The notes: generated from the sequence alone by a model not told the origin. A DNA stretch of 63,909 nt, filler included, from Folioceros fuciformis (GCA_049999805.1; 12 parts of 12 records of this genome joined end to end with filler, not necessarily neighbours in it), one strand, 5' to 3'. Positions 1 through 10,955 are shown, numbered from the whole stretch's first letter. A program made the numbers and translations.

Positions 1-110
1 AAGAGGAAGACGCTGAACGTGAAGCACGCCCATACCCCAAGAGAAATCAAAAGAAAGCAAGAGAGGGATAATTATTTTCTTCGAGGATCTTCTGTCAGCA
101 CTTGTGGAGG

Positions 111-143
<33 letters not shown>

Positions 144-180
144 ACCAACAGCCCATGATGAGGACTCAACCTAATGGCCT

Positions 181-1941
181 ATGACCACAACTCTTGGAGA
201 TGTGGTGAATCAGCTTATACAACACTTCAACTCGCTTTCGCTTGATGCTAGTGGCTGCCATGGCTAGTACTCCTTCCACTGGCTCGATTCTCGTCTTCAC
301 AGACCACATTAAAGAGAAAGACTGATTCAATGGCCAGCACTACCCTGTGTGGCGCGTTTGGATGAAGTCGATCCTTATTGGCCGAGGCGTTTGGAAGATT
401 GTCAACGGCACCCTTCCAAAGCCCAACCCTTCTGCCACTCCACCCCCGCTAGTCGCCGTCGTTGAGAGATGGGACTATTTGAAGGGGATAGTTGTGGCAC
501 TTCTGATCAGCGGCCTGGATTCAACTCTTGTGCCTAGTGTTGAATTGCTCTCAGATGCATTTGCCATTTGGGGCCAGTTGTCTAACAACTACAATGTTAC
601 CAATGTTCTAACCTTGTATAGTATAAGGCAGGAATTCAACTCCTTAAGGATGAAGGAGACAGATACGATCTCTGCTCACACCTTGAAGTTTAGACAACTG
701 CGAGGTAGCTCGCCTCCCTTGGCTCAACCATGTCGGAGACCGATGCTGCTGCGCAGCTGCTAATGAGCTTACCACCGTCTTACAAGTATTTTGTTACCAG
801 CCTGATGTTGGTATCAACGCAAGGTAAGGCAGGTACCGCCCCCACCCTAACAGTGGAGGACATCATCGGTGCTCTGTATCAGTGGGAGCATAGCCGCTTA
901 TGTTCTGCAGGAGGGTCCAAGCCCAAAGTAGACAGGGCGCTTTGCACCCACTTCAAGCCCGGGAGGAATTCGAAGGGCGAGGCGAACTTCACCCCTAAAG
1001 GTGACTCAACCTCTGCCCCTCCTCGCCAAGCTGGAAACTGCAATTGGTGCGGAGCTGCCGGCCATTGGGTGCGAGAGTGCCGCAAGAAAGAGGCCGAAGA
1101 GCTGTAGAAGGCTGACTTGTGATAGGCAGCCAGTATCGCAGTTAAGGGGAAGGCCAGCACAGTGGAGACAAAAACCGTAAAGATACTTACGGTTTGCCTC
1201 AACACCCAGTTGCATCAGGATGTGGGGTGGTATCTCGACAGTGGAGCCACCGCCCACACATGCAGCGATCGTACTCTATTCACCAAGCTGGATACTCATC
1301 CTCTCAAGGAAAGGGTTTTACTTGGTGACGAACAGAGTAGATCCAGCCTGCAAATCATGTGACAAGGCACTTGCGAATTTCCCCTCAAGGACAGTTCGGT
1401 GCTTACCTTGGAGCCTGTGCTCCTAGTCCCATAGATGGGCAAGAACCTCGTCTCCATGACTCAGCTGCTGAAGCAAGGCGATCTTAAGATGCTTGCTTCA
1501 AGGAGGTCATGCTACCTTTTCAGGACCACAAATCCTGACTTGTGCCTCTTCAGTGCCGTGCCTCAAGATGGCATGTACAGGCTCTCATTAGCCTTCAGAG
1601 GGAGCGCATCAAAGAGGAGCATCGCGCTCCATGGGAGATAGCCTCCACCACTGGTCAAATTACGTTCAGCTTAAGAGGGAGTGCTACGAAATGGATAACC
1701 TGCCCGTAACCCTATTGACTAGCTAGTTACCATAGATTGTAATTAATAGTATTTAATAATTACGAACGCGTGTGCCTCTTTGGAAGAGACACCCAGTGAC
1801 ACTATTTAAGACACACTTTGTATACACTTTTTAGAGACTAACACGAAATATCTCTCTAAGCATTGCATCTTGATCATATTGGACTAGATGCAATCCTAAT
1901 CATGCTAGATTAGATGCAATCCTACTGCTAGGATTTCAACA
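181..1941 (+). mobile_element. Ty1/Copia element A: degenerate gag + protease, internally deleted, ending in PPT and 3' LTR
   Basis: Gag N-terminus (FNGQHYPVWRVWMKSILIGRGVW), zinc knuckle CNWCGAAGHWVREC and protease WYLDSGATAH, with frameshifts and stops. Homology to elements B and C ends near 1600. PPT CTTAAGAGGGAG at 1670-1681 follows almost directly. Confidence 0.88.
1682..1941 (+). repeat. 3' LTR of Copia element A (~260 bp)
   Basis: Starts TG directly after the PPT and ends ...TTTCAACA. It is AT-rich with a TATA-like TATTTAA. Unrelated gag sequence resumes at 1942. Confidence 0.75.
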
Positions 1942-2524
1942 TTGGGCGGTCGGGACGACCACCAGAGAAGAGGGCAATACTTTTGGGGTTGGAGGTCTCT
2001 CTAGCCTTCCTTCGTTGTTCCTCTTGACGAAGGAGAGAAATAGTCTCATCCAGTGTCTTGGGATTAGCCATCTAAGTCATTACGAGGGCGGACCACGATG
2101 GTGGCATCGCCTGAAGCAGCTGAACAGAGGCATCATGGTCAGAGACTGTGGTGCCGGCAATCTCCATAGAATCCTTCAAGTTTATGAACTTGTTCACGAA
2201 CTACTCGATGGAGTCAGTCTCAGACATGCGGAGGGAATAAAACTTCCGCGTCATGTAACCCTTGTTGACGGCGTTGTCGAAAACATATTTCTTCTTCAAG
2301 TAGTCCCAGACCTCCTTGGAAGTTGGGAGATGCCGAACGACCTTCATTTGAACGTCCTTCATGTACAACATTAAGTTGGCGCGTGCCCGCTGGTCCAAAG
2401 AATCCCATGCTTGCTTGCTACCGGGGTTTAAGGTAGGGGTATGGTAAGTCGTGCCTCCTGGTGTAGGAGGTGGAGTAGAAGGGCGCGGCTCACGGCCATC
2501 CACAATGCTGAACAAATCTTCTCG
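1942..2524 (-). pseudogene. Gag fragment of an older host Copia element, interrupted on both sides
   Basis: UBN2-type gag translation EDLFSIVDG...WDSLDQRARANLML...SKEVWDYLKKKY...KFYSLRMSETDSIE. It joins 9005-9094 across the TSD as WSRKIEVFLLR/EDLFSIVDG. Confidence 0.85.
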
Positions 2525-2747
2525 TGTGAACTTTCGTAGCATGGACTACATGCATAGGCATGATTAGAAGTGTGCTTTACATTACTATGAGAATAAGAGA
2601 AAGTTAGAAAAGTACGAAGATCAGGGGTCCTTTTATAGGAGCCCGGGTACCCCTTCGTAGGGGTGCGACTATTCGCTTAACGAGCTAGGGTTAGCCTAAC
2701 TCTCCTGACTATTGGCTAGGGTTATGTGACTCTTACTAACCTTAACA
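2525..2747 (-). repeat. 3' LTR of element B
   Basis: 223 bp, about 10 mismatches to 8782-9004 by manual count (~95.5% identity). Confidence 0.97.
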
Positions 2748-2759
2748 CTCCCTCTTAAG
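2748..2759 (-). promoter_or_regulatory. Polypurine tract of element B
   Basis: CTTAAGAGGGAG on the minus strand abuts the 3' LTR and is identical to the PPT at 1670-1681. Confidence 0.9.
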
Positions 2760-2814
2760 GGAAACATAGCCTAAGCTACAACTCCCTCTGTCGGGGGGGA
2801 ATGTCTTCTAGTCT

Positions 2815-5800
2815 TCAGTTGTTGGAGAGGTAGGGGGCGAAGTCGATTAGCCCCATACTCTGCATGTGCTGGTAGGGCCGGATCTTGGGTAGCCCTTTTG
2901 TCAGGATGTCTGCTAGGTTATCCTCAGTGGGTACGTAGCTGGCTTGTACCACCTTGCGCTCGACCACATCCCGGATGTAGTGATGTTGGATCTCTATATG
3001 CTTCGTCCTGGCATGAAACCTGGGGCTCGAGATTAGGGCAAGTGCTGACATGTTGTCGCAGTAGAGGGGCGTCGACTGATCTTGCCTCTGGCTAGTGTCG
3101 GCTAAGAAAGTCCTTTCCCACTCAGCTTCCTTATAGGCATTGGTGAGGGACTTGTACTCAGCCTCTGTAGATGAGAGGGCTATGGAAGCTTGCTTCTTGC
3201 AACTCCAATTCACTGCGGCTGAGGAAAGGAGGAAACAGTGTGCGCTTAAACTTTTCCTTGAGTCTGGGTCAGATGCCCAGTCAGCATCCGTATAGCCGCT
3301 GAGTAAAAACTCGCTTGTTCCTCCGCTTTGGTACATCAGCCCATATGTTGAGGTGCCCTTCAAATAGCGGAACACTCTCTTGACGGCAGCCCAATGCGCC
3401 TTGCCGGGGGTCTCCAGGAATTGAGATGCTGTGGAGGCGGAATAGTGGATGTCGGGCCTTGTCTAGCCGCTAACGAAGAGGAGACTTCCTACAGCGTGGC
3501 GGTAGGGGATTTCTTGCATTTCCTTTACCTCCTCTTCGGTCTGGGGGCATTGCTCAATAGTGAGCCTGGTGCCCACAGCATAGGGTGTGGATACGGGCCT
3601 GGCTTGATCCAGCTTAACTTCCACAGTATCTCGTTGATGTATTTATGCTGGTGGATGGTCAACCTTCCCTCAGCTCTGTTTCTTAGGATTTGTAACCCGA
3701 GGCAGAATTGGAGCTCCCCAATGTCCTTCATCTCGAAGCGGGAGCTTAAGAGCTATTTAACCTCTGCTAGCATGTTGTGGTCGTTAGCGGAAAGAATAAG
3801 GTCGTCCACATATAGGGCAAGGATGACAAAATGAGGGCCTCGGGTCAACTTGTACACGTTATCGTTGGCCGCGCTCTGGGCAAAGGAGATGCTGAGCAGG
3901 TAGGTGTGCATAGTGGTATACCACACCCGCTCGCTTTGTTTAAGTCCATATATGCACTTCCTCAGCCTAAGGACTTTGTGAGGATAGTCCTTGCTGACGT
4001 AGCCCTCCGGTTGATCCATATAGAGCTCCTCGTCCAAGTTGCCGTAGAGGTAGGCAGTCTTGACGTCCATTTGGTGAAGCTCTAGGTCAAGTTCGGCCAC
4101 AAGGGCAAGCAAGATCCGAATGGATTGGGCACGTACCACTGGGGAGAAGGTCTCTTGGTAGTCTAGGCCTTCGACCTGGGAGAAGCCGCGAGCTACCAGC
4201 CGAGCCTTGAAGCGATCCACCTGTCCATGAGCATTCAGCTTAAGCTTGAACGTCCACTTGCAGGAAATGGGCTTCCTTCCAGGGGGCGGGTCGACGAGTT
4301 CCCAAGTTTTGTTCTGAAGTAAACTCTGGTACTCGTCCTCCACCGCGACCCGCCACTGGGAGGACTCAGGTCCTGCATAGGCTTGGGCAAGAGTGGTCGG
4401 TTCCTCCGGAAGGGCCGTAGGGGATAAGGCCGCGGATAGGGAGCTGGAAGCCGTCCGGAAGTCAATAGACTGGTAAGGTGGCTCAGCCCATTGAGATGGT
4501 GGGGCTCGGTTGCGGGTACCGCGACGAGGGCCAGGATTAAGTGCCAGGGCAGCCGGCATGGGATCGTCTGCAGCCATCGTGGGCTCCGCAGGAGGTAGCT
4601 CCTCGGGGCCAGCCGGTGGCAAATCCTGGCCAAGGTCGTTAGCAGCATGAACAGCAGGGGGCGGAGGATCAAGGCAGGTACCGTTGCTGTCTTCATGTGG
4701 CGTGCCGGGGACGATAGGCTCGTTGTCATCAGTGACCAGGCTGGCGTCCAAGTGCTCCGAGTAGCCGTGGTCACCGTCCTCGATAGGGTAGGCGCTCACA
4801 GTGTCAGTGTCGACAGTCGCAGGGCTGTCGACTGGCACGTCTCCCTCTGAAGCTGGCTTGACTAGCTCCAAGAAGGTGACAGTGCGCGCCAAGGTGATGT
4901 CATGTGTCTCGGAGTCAAAGAGCTTGTAGGCCTTGGAGCTCTCACTGTATCCCACGAAGATGAGCTTCTTTGCCCTGTCATCCAACTTGCGTCGCTTCTT
5001 GGTAGGGATGTGAGCAAAAGCTGGCGAGTCGCTTACCCGGAGGTGCTGAACGCTGGGTTTTCGCTGCCAATATGCCTCATATGGGGTACGGCCAGGGACA
5101 GAACTTGTAATAACCCGGTTTAGGATATATGTCACCGCCACTATGGCCTCCGCCCAGAAACCTTGCGGAAGTCCAGACCATAGCAACATACTCCGGGTCA
5201 TGGATAGGAGCGTTTGGTTCTTGCGCTCCGCTACTCCATTTTGCTGTGGAGTGTAAGGCACAGTGAGCTGTCTTTGAATTCCTCGCTCGAGGAGGAAGGC
5301 ATCAAACTCATTGTTCACAAACTACGTTCCATTGTCACTCCACAGGGTCTTCAACTTCTGTCCAGTCTGGCGCTCAGCCACTGGGAGCCACTCCTTGAAG
5401 TACGTGAACGTCTCACTCTTCAGATGCATCGGGAACGTCCAGGAGTATCTGCTGAAGTCATCTGTGATAGTGAGATAGTATATAGCACCGCCAAGTGAGG
5501 GAGTGTGGATCTTCCCGGATATGTCGGCATGTGCTAAGGCCAGCACGGCCTCGGCCCTATGCGCCTCCTTCGGGAAGGGAGACTCCTTCTGCTTGGCGAT
5601 AACGCAAGATTCTTAGACCGGTAGGTGTTGGAAACATCTAGGGAGCGGCTCTTGGTAGAGGCCTTGTGAGGACATGGAGATTAGCTTGTGTTTGTTGATG
5701 TGGGCCAGCCTAGCGTGCCAAAGGGTAGCTAGGTCTTCAGGTGAATGTCTAGCGACGTAAGCAAGTGGCCCTTGTTTGCTGTTCAAGATCAGTCTGTACA

Positions 5801-7194
5801 AGCCGTCTTGGGGGATAGCTCCCATCAGGCATAAGTCAGGACTGGGTGGTCTATAGAAACAGCAGGAGTCACGGGAAAAGGTTACTTCCAGTGTACTTTG
5901 CCGCACTAGTTGTCTGAGGGACACGAGATTCTTCCCCATCTGTGGCACATAGAGCACGGGCTTGAGGGTCAGTGTAGATCCATCGGATAGGGGTAGCTCG
6001 CAGGTCCCTTGGCCAAGTATCGGCAGGCTCGACTTGTTCTATTCGTCGCCAAGGAGTACCCTCTCTCTGATCGGACGGTAGTCCAGCTGGGAGAAGAGGG
6101 TGTTGTCGTTGCAGATGTGGGCGGTGGTGCCACTGTCCAGGTACCACCCCTGATCCTGCTGTGGCTGTGTGCTCAAGCAGACAGTAAGGATCTTCACCGT
6201 CTTTGGGTCCTCGGGCTTGCTCTTGACGGCCACGTTTGCAGTCTGGCGAAGGCCGGGCTTCTGAGGCTCCCCAGCTTTTTTCTTCCGGCATTCTCGCGCC
6301 CAGTGGCCGAGAGTGCCACACCAGTGGCAGTTGCCCGTCTGGCGTGGCGGAGCAGAGGTCGATTCACCTTTGGGGGTGGTGGCTTGCTTCCCTTTTGCCT
6401 TCCCGGGCTTGAACCGAGCAGCAAGCGCCTTATCAGCCTTGGGCTTGGACCCGCTTGCCGAAGTAAGGCGACTTTGCTTGTGTTGATAGAGTGCTCCAAT
6501 GATTTCCTCCACTGTCAGGGGGGAGGTAGAGCCGGTGGCACCATGTGTTGACATCAACATCAAACTGGTGACAAAATGCTGATAAGAGGGTGGTAGACTT
6601 ATCAGCAATTGGGCGGCGGTGTCGGTCTCAATCATGGTTGAGCCGAGGGATGCCAGCTGTCCACGTAATTGCCAAAATCTGGATGTATGGGCTGCCACCA
6701 AGTTAGACTCCTTCATTTTAAGGGCGTTGAACTCCTGCCTGACGCTGTAGAGGGTCAAGACATTGTTGACATCGTATGTGTTGGAAAGCTGGTCCCAAAT
6801 TGCGGAAGCGTCGGTGAGGAACTCGATGCTGGGGACCAGGTTGGAGTCCAGGCCACTGATGAGGAGAGCGATGGTGATGCTGTTGAGGTAGTCCCATCGC
6901 TCCACATCGGTAGTCGAAGGTGGAGGAACGGAAGTGGGGGCCCGACTTGGGGTTAGCTGCCGTCCACGACTTTCCATAGGCCTCTACCGATGAGGAAAGA
7001 CTTCATCCGAACTCGCCATACTGGGTAGCGCTGGCCGTTGAAGCGGTCTTTTCGTTTATTTGCTCGGTGAAGATGGGGATGGCGCCCGGTGTTGAGGTCA
7101 AGGGGTTGCTGGCCATCGTAGTTGTTGTGTTCAAAGACAATGAATTCATCTGCTGGATCAGCTGGTCCACAAAGAGGCTGTATCCTGTGGTCAT
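2815..7194 (-). pseudogene. Copia gag-pol polyprotein, disrupted by several stops and frameshifts
   Basis: Zinc knuckle CHWCGTLGHWAREC, protease WYLDSG, GAG-pre-integrase LWHARLAH, integrase TPQQNGVAERKN, RT (KARLVARGF, QMDVKTAYL, LYVDD) and RNase H (GYTDADWA, KHIEIQHHYIRD). Confidence 0.95.
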
Positions 7195-7339
7195 AAAAAA
7201 AACCTCGAAATCGAAGCTGACTCCTTCCTTAGAAATTATGTATAGGGAGGGGTTACGACCGGGAGAAGGAAACAATTGTCACAGTTGTGGAGCTGGTGTC
7301 AGCGTGCTCTCGGACGAGAAAAGGAATCCAATCCTGAAA

Positions 7340-8461
7340 TCACTGATAACAACTCAAGTCTTGCGGGCAAGGAACGTGATAGCTGTCTGGGTCCGGCTCG
7401 GATAGTCGACGTAGTCGGTAGACGAGGTCCACGAGGTCCTCGGTGGTTCTCTCGAGCTGGGCCCACAGATCCTGGGTAGAGTTTATTAGAGCTGGCGGCG
7501 TCGGCGGGGGCTCAGTCTTCACAGGAGGGTCGGGCCCAGGTGCTGGCTGGGTGTTCGTGAGCTGAGTCGGCAGGAGAGGTCCGCACTGCAGGGGAAACAA
7601 AGGCGAAGAAAAGGGCTCAGCGTTATTATTATTAAAAAAATAATAATGGCCCGTGGGGAGGGTAGATGACCCCTCCACCCCCAGCGGGTGCGTGGGCACC
7701 GTTTCGGGACGGGTATGCCCGTCCGCGAACGGGCGCGCATACCCGTTCGCCCGGGGGCCCGTACGTGCGGGACACCCGGGGCTCGGGGCCTCGGGGGGCA
7801 CGGGGCCTGCACCGGCGCCCGCTTTCGGTGAGGCGCCCGCTCCCGCAGTGGCGCCCGCTCCCGTGGTGGCGCCCGCTCCCGTGTGCCCGTTCGGATCTGG
7901 GCCGTGCCTCACCGCGCCAGCCCAGGCTGGGTTGAAGTTCCGGTGTTCGGATAGTGCCTGCTCCACAGCCTCGGCACGCTCTGCTTCCAGAGTTCGAAGA
8001 AGGTCAGGGGAATTCCTCCATCCGGATGCTGGAATGGAGAGTTCAGAGGGAGGCGCCTCCTGTCCGTCCGCATAGAATTTGCGTCGTTGTGGAAATCCCC
8101 TGGATTGCACTTCTGGTGGAACGGACTGAATTCGAGGTGCACCTGGCAGGGACTTAGAGAAATCTGTGGGGGATTCCGGACTTACGGTGGAGGAGTCCGG
8201 GCATGGAGTGGGGAAGCGTGGGGCTGCCCACGAGTGCCTCCTGAGCTCCTCCCGCAGCACTGCCCCCTGTTTGCTTCTAAGCAGGCCGAGCAAAGCTTTC
8301 TCCAGATCCAGGATTGCCGGGTGCTTGGTCGCCCGCCTTCTCTGCAAACGGGGGATTAGATGTGCTGGAAGGTACCGGCGGGAACCCTGGTGCTTGTGCT
8401 TGGGGGGGCAAGCCCTGCAGGGCGTTAGGAGCCTGGAATTGCGCCTGCTCTTCTTTGCCAT
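7340..8461 (-). CDS. Extra 5' ORF (ORF0) of Copia element B, 373 aa, function unknown
   Basis: Uninterrupted ATG-initiated ORF between the PBS and gag, in the sense orientation. Its C-terminal motif is conserved in element C at 19710-19783. Confidence 0.6.
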   Translation of the reverse strand: MAKKSRRNSRLLTPCRACPPKHKHQGSRRYLPAHLIPRLQRRRATKHPAILDLEKALLGLLRSKQGAVLREELRRHSWAAPRFPTPCPDSSTVSPESPTDFSKSLPGAPRIQSVPPEVQSRGFPQRRKFYADGQEAPPSELSIPASGWRNSPDLLRTLEAERAEAVEQALSEHRNFNPAWAGAVRHGPDPNGHTGAGATTGAGATAGAGASPKAGAGAGPVPPEAPSPGCPARTGPRANGYARPFADGHTRPETVPTHPLGVEGSSTLPTGHYYFFNNNNAEPFSSPLFPLQCGPLLPTQLTNTQPAPGPDPPVKTEPPPTPPALINSTQDLWAQLERTTEDLVDLVYRLRRLSEPDPDSYHVPCPQDLSCYQ

Positions 8462-8769
8462 GGAGTCTCGAAGGAAAAACGGGGCACAGGAGCAAGAGGC
8501 GAGAGGAGGGGAGGGGCCTTGAGCCTCTCCCGTTCTTCTTTTTTAAATTCCATTCTTGCTCCGCTATTCCATATCTTAAATATAACTGCAATTTGTTGTA
8601 GGCAAGGTAGCAGAGGGGGGCCGATCTCCGGGGTCTCAGCGGCTAAGCATCCCGCCCGCGGGTCAGTACCCGGACGGGGTGCCTATACAGGCACGAGGTG
8701 CCATATTGTGATTTTTTTTTAGGTTGTTACTGAAGTATGATCGTATAGATCACCGGATGCTGAGCCTGA

Positions 8770-8781
8770 GCTCTGATACCA
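8770..8781 (-). promoter_or_regulatory. Primer binding site (tRNA-iMet)
   Basis: TGGTATCAGAGC on the minus strand, immediately inside the 5' LTR. Confidence 0.96.
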
Positions 8782-9004
8782 TGTGAACTTTCGTAGCATG
8801 GACTACATGCATAGGCATGATCAGAAGTGTGCTTTACATTACTATGAGAATAAGAGAAAGTTAGAAAAGTACGTAGATCAGGGGTCCTTTTATAGGAGCC
8901 CGGGTACCCCTTGTGAGGGGTCCGACTATTCGCTTAACGAGCTAGGGTTAGCCTAACTCTCTTGACTATTGGCTAGGGTTATATGACTCATACTAATCTT
9001 AACA
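8782..9004 (-). repeat. 5' LTR of element B
   Basis: 223-bp direct repeat of 2525-2747 with TG...CA ends and TATAAAA on the minus strand. Confidence 0.97.
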
Positions 9005-9094
9005 TCTCGAAGGAGAAAGACCTCAATCTTACGACTCCATGATGGTGCTGTCGAAGAAATTGACCAGCTTACTTATGGAGTGGTTAGAAGACAT
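9005..9094 (-). pseudogene. N-terminal gag fragment of the host Copia element
   Basis: MSSNHSISKLVNFFDS, then a frameshift to WSRKIEVFLLR, which continues at 2519 once element B and one TSD copy are removed. Confidence 0.75.
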
Positions 9095-9752
9095 TTTATA
9101 TAGAATATATAGGCGTGGTCGATGGGCTCGATCTTCACATGTGGAGGGTGTTTTGGGCCAGTCTCGTGGTCCGCATAGCCAGCAATAGGTGTCAGGCTCC
9201 CAAGGGACAAGTTCAAGTGTGAAAAGGTACAAGGTGAAACCGGTTCCAAAAAGGTGGGGTATAAACTGCTTGGGTGTGAACTTAGGGGGTGTAACTTTTC
9301 GAAGCGACAAGTTAAGTTGTCGCTTCACTTGGGGGGTGCCCCTTCCACTTGGGCACGCCCCTTGGTGACGGCGCGCTCCGCCTCAGCTTGCTTCAGCGCA
9401 GCGATGTGCTCAACCTGCAGCGCATGCTGCAGGTTCGAAGTGTGCACAATTCCTGGAATTGAATCAACAAGCACGGACGCTCCATCCTGCTGTGGGCCGT
9501 GTCGAGAGCCAGTGAATTGCGAGCAGTGATTCACCGAGAATTGCTCCAGATACTGCAAATCTGCACCTCCTCTCAAATCCCCCTCAATTGCCCATGGTAT
9601 CAAATTAGTTTTGATAGCATCGGATGGGGAATGGGAAGCAAGGGGCAGAGAATCAGGGAGGCCCCAGGGACCAAATCGTCGTCAGAAAAGCCGTGGACAA
9701 AGCAATCCTCCCTTGGGCGCCGATTGGGTCTGCAGGTGCAGTGGTGAGGGGC

Positions 9753-9852
9753 NNNNNNNNNNNNNNNNNNNNNNNNNNNNNNNNNNNNNNNNNNNNTTAA
9801 TTAATTAANNNNNNNNNNNNNNNNNNNNNNNNNNNNNNNNNNNNNNNNNNNN
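9753..9852. other. Artificial contig-joining linker (first of 11)
   Basis: Identical 100-bp 44N-TTAATTAATTAA-44N block, with stops in all six frames. It recurs at 11763-11862, 17661-17760, 19597-19696, 22282-22381, 24208-24307, 36228-36327, 52522-52621, 55014-55113, 60144-60243 and 62566-62665. Confidence 0.99.
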
Positions 9853-10210
9853 CAGTATGTTGCACCCGTCGTTGAACCCGGGGTTGCCAAGCATTGGGAT
9901 CAGGATTCCGCAGAACGACTTCATTCGAGCCGTTGCTCGCTCCTTCAGCAGAGCACTTGCTCTCACCAGCGCCAACACCAGCGGGGAAATGAGCACCGTC
10001 AGTGTGGCTGAGTTCCAGGACCTGTGGCCAGATTGCGGGTGTGTGTTCGATGCTGGAACCTTGCCGGCCGTTAGGCTGGGTTCTACCATTGTCGACCTCA
10101 CAGTCCCCGGCAGGTACAAGATCACACGCCCGGGAAGCGCCTTGGAACCAACTGAGACAGTTCTGCGACATTGTGGTCTGGTCGGGGCCTCCGCCATTGG
10201 AGAAAGATGA
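9853..10210 (+). CDS. YRDC: YrdC/Sua5 threonylcarbamoyl-AMP synthase, C-terminal part (5' truncated by contig edge)
   Basis: Motifs LNPG..SIGIRIP, ALTSAN.SG and GSTIVDL...Y.I.RPG. Confidence 0.9.
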
Positions 10211-10356
10211 TGCAGCATATGATTCGGTCAAGCCAGGAGATATGCAGCAGAGCCTTGAGGCACATTGGCGGAACAAGCGTTGGTTAGCATGACACCCAAA
10301 ATTGGCAGGAGCTACAACCAGGAAATGGTTGTATATTTCTCCAGCATGGCTGTTGT

Positions 10357-10444
10357 TCTTGAACCAGGATCCATTGAATTTTGAACCAGGATCCATTGAA
10401 TCTTGAACCAGGATCCATTGAATCTTGAACCAGGATCCATTGAA
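10357..10444. repeat. Tandem repeat, 4 x 22 bp
   Basis: T(C/T)TTGAACCAGGATCCATTGAA repeated head to tail. Confidence 0.97.
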
Positions 10445-10955
10445 GAAAAGATGCACCGGCACCGGCCTGCCCGTGAATTGAAGGATGAGACAACGACGTG
10501 GATAGTGTTTCTTTTCTGTGCTGAGACTCAAGGATGTGGACCTTTTCCTTGTCCCAGATCTTGCCCACTTGCAGGCAAAGTTTGAGTCCACATCTTAACA
10601 ATAATGCAAATAAATAAATAACCCTGTGACATAGTTTTGACCTAATTGTCTCATTAGCTGAGACTTATCGGCGTCAAGAATCCACGGTGTACAGCTGGTG
10701 TACAGCTCTAACCCTAGAAGTGGGAAGTCCTACGTGACAAGATAACCGGAACCAGTGTCAGGAATTGGCGCTAATGCTTGACCAAGGAGGAACTTGGCCC
10801 GATTAACCTCCTGAGCGCTCCGTGAGTCCCTGAAAGACGGCGTAGACTCGGAAGTCACAGTGAAACGGATCACGGGAAGCTAGTGTCCACGGGTGCAGAG
10901 CAAGAACTGACTCTTTCAGATCAGACGCTCACAACTCACACAGATCCAACACTGT

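Larger units (their letters stand above)
2525..9004 (-). mobile_element. Structurally complete Ty1/Copia LTR retrotransposon (element B, 6480 bp)
   Basis: Two 223-bp TG...CA LTRs, 5-bp TSD TCTCG (2520-2524 and 9005-9009), tRNA-iMet PBS, PPT, and Copia domain order gag-PR-INT-RT-RH. Confidence 0.97.

Noticed and set aside
111-142. 32-nt poly(A) run as a retroposed SINE or LINE tail
   Set aside because: No TSD or upstream element body is identifiable. More likely a slippage-expanded A run in the Copia leader.
9753-9852. Recurrent TTAATTAATTAA motif and ORFs ending in X...LIN
   Set aside because: Artificial linker. Adjacency or clustering of genes across linkers has no biological meaning.
10584-10720. 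Possible Pol III snRNA-type or telomerase RNA gene (GTCCACATC plus CTAACCCTA)
   Set aside because: Both the USE-like and template-like motifs are imperfect, there is no properly spaced TATA, and no recognisable conserved RNA core.
10820-10880. Hammerhead-ribozyme-like CTGAAAGA...GAAA with CCGTGA/TCACGG flanks
   Set aside because: The core does not match CUGANGA, and I could not build stems I-III with a cleavage triplet. It is likely the 3' UTR of the GGCT gene.
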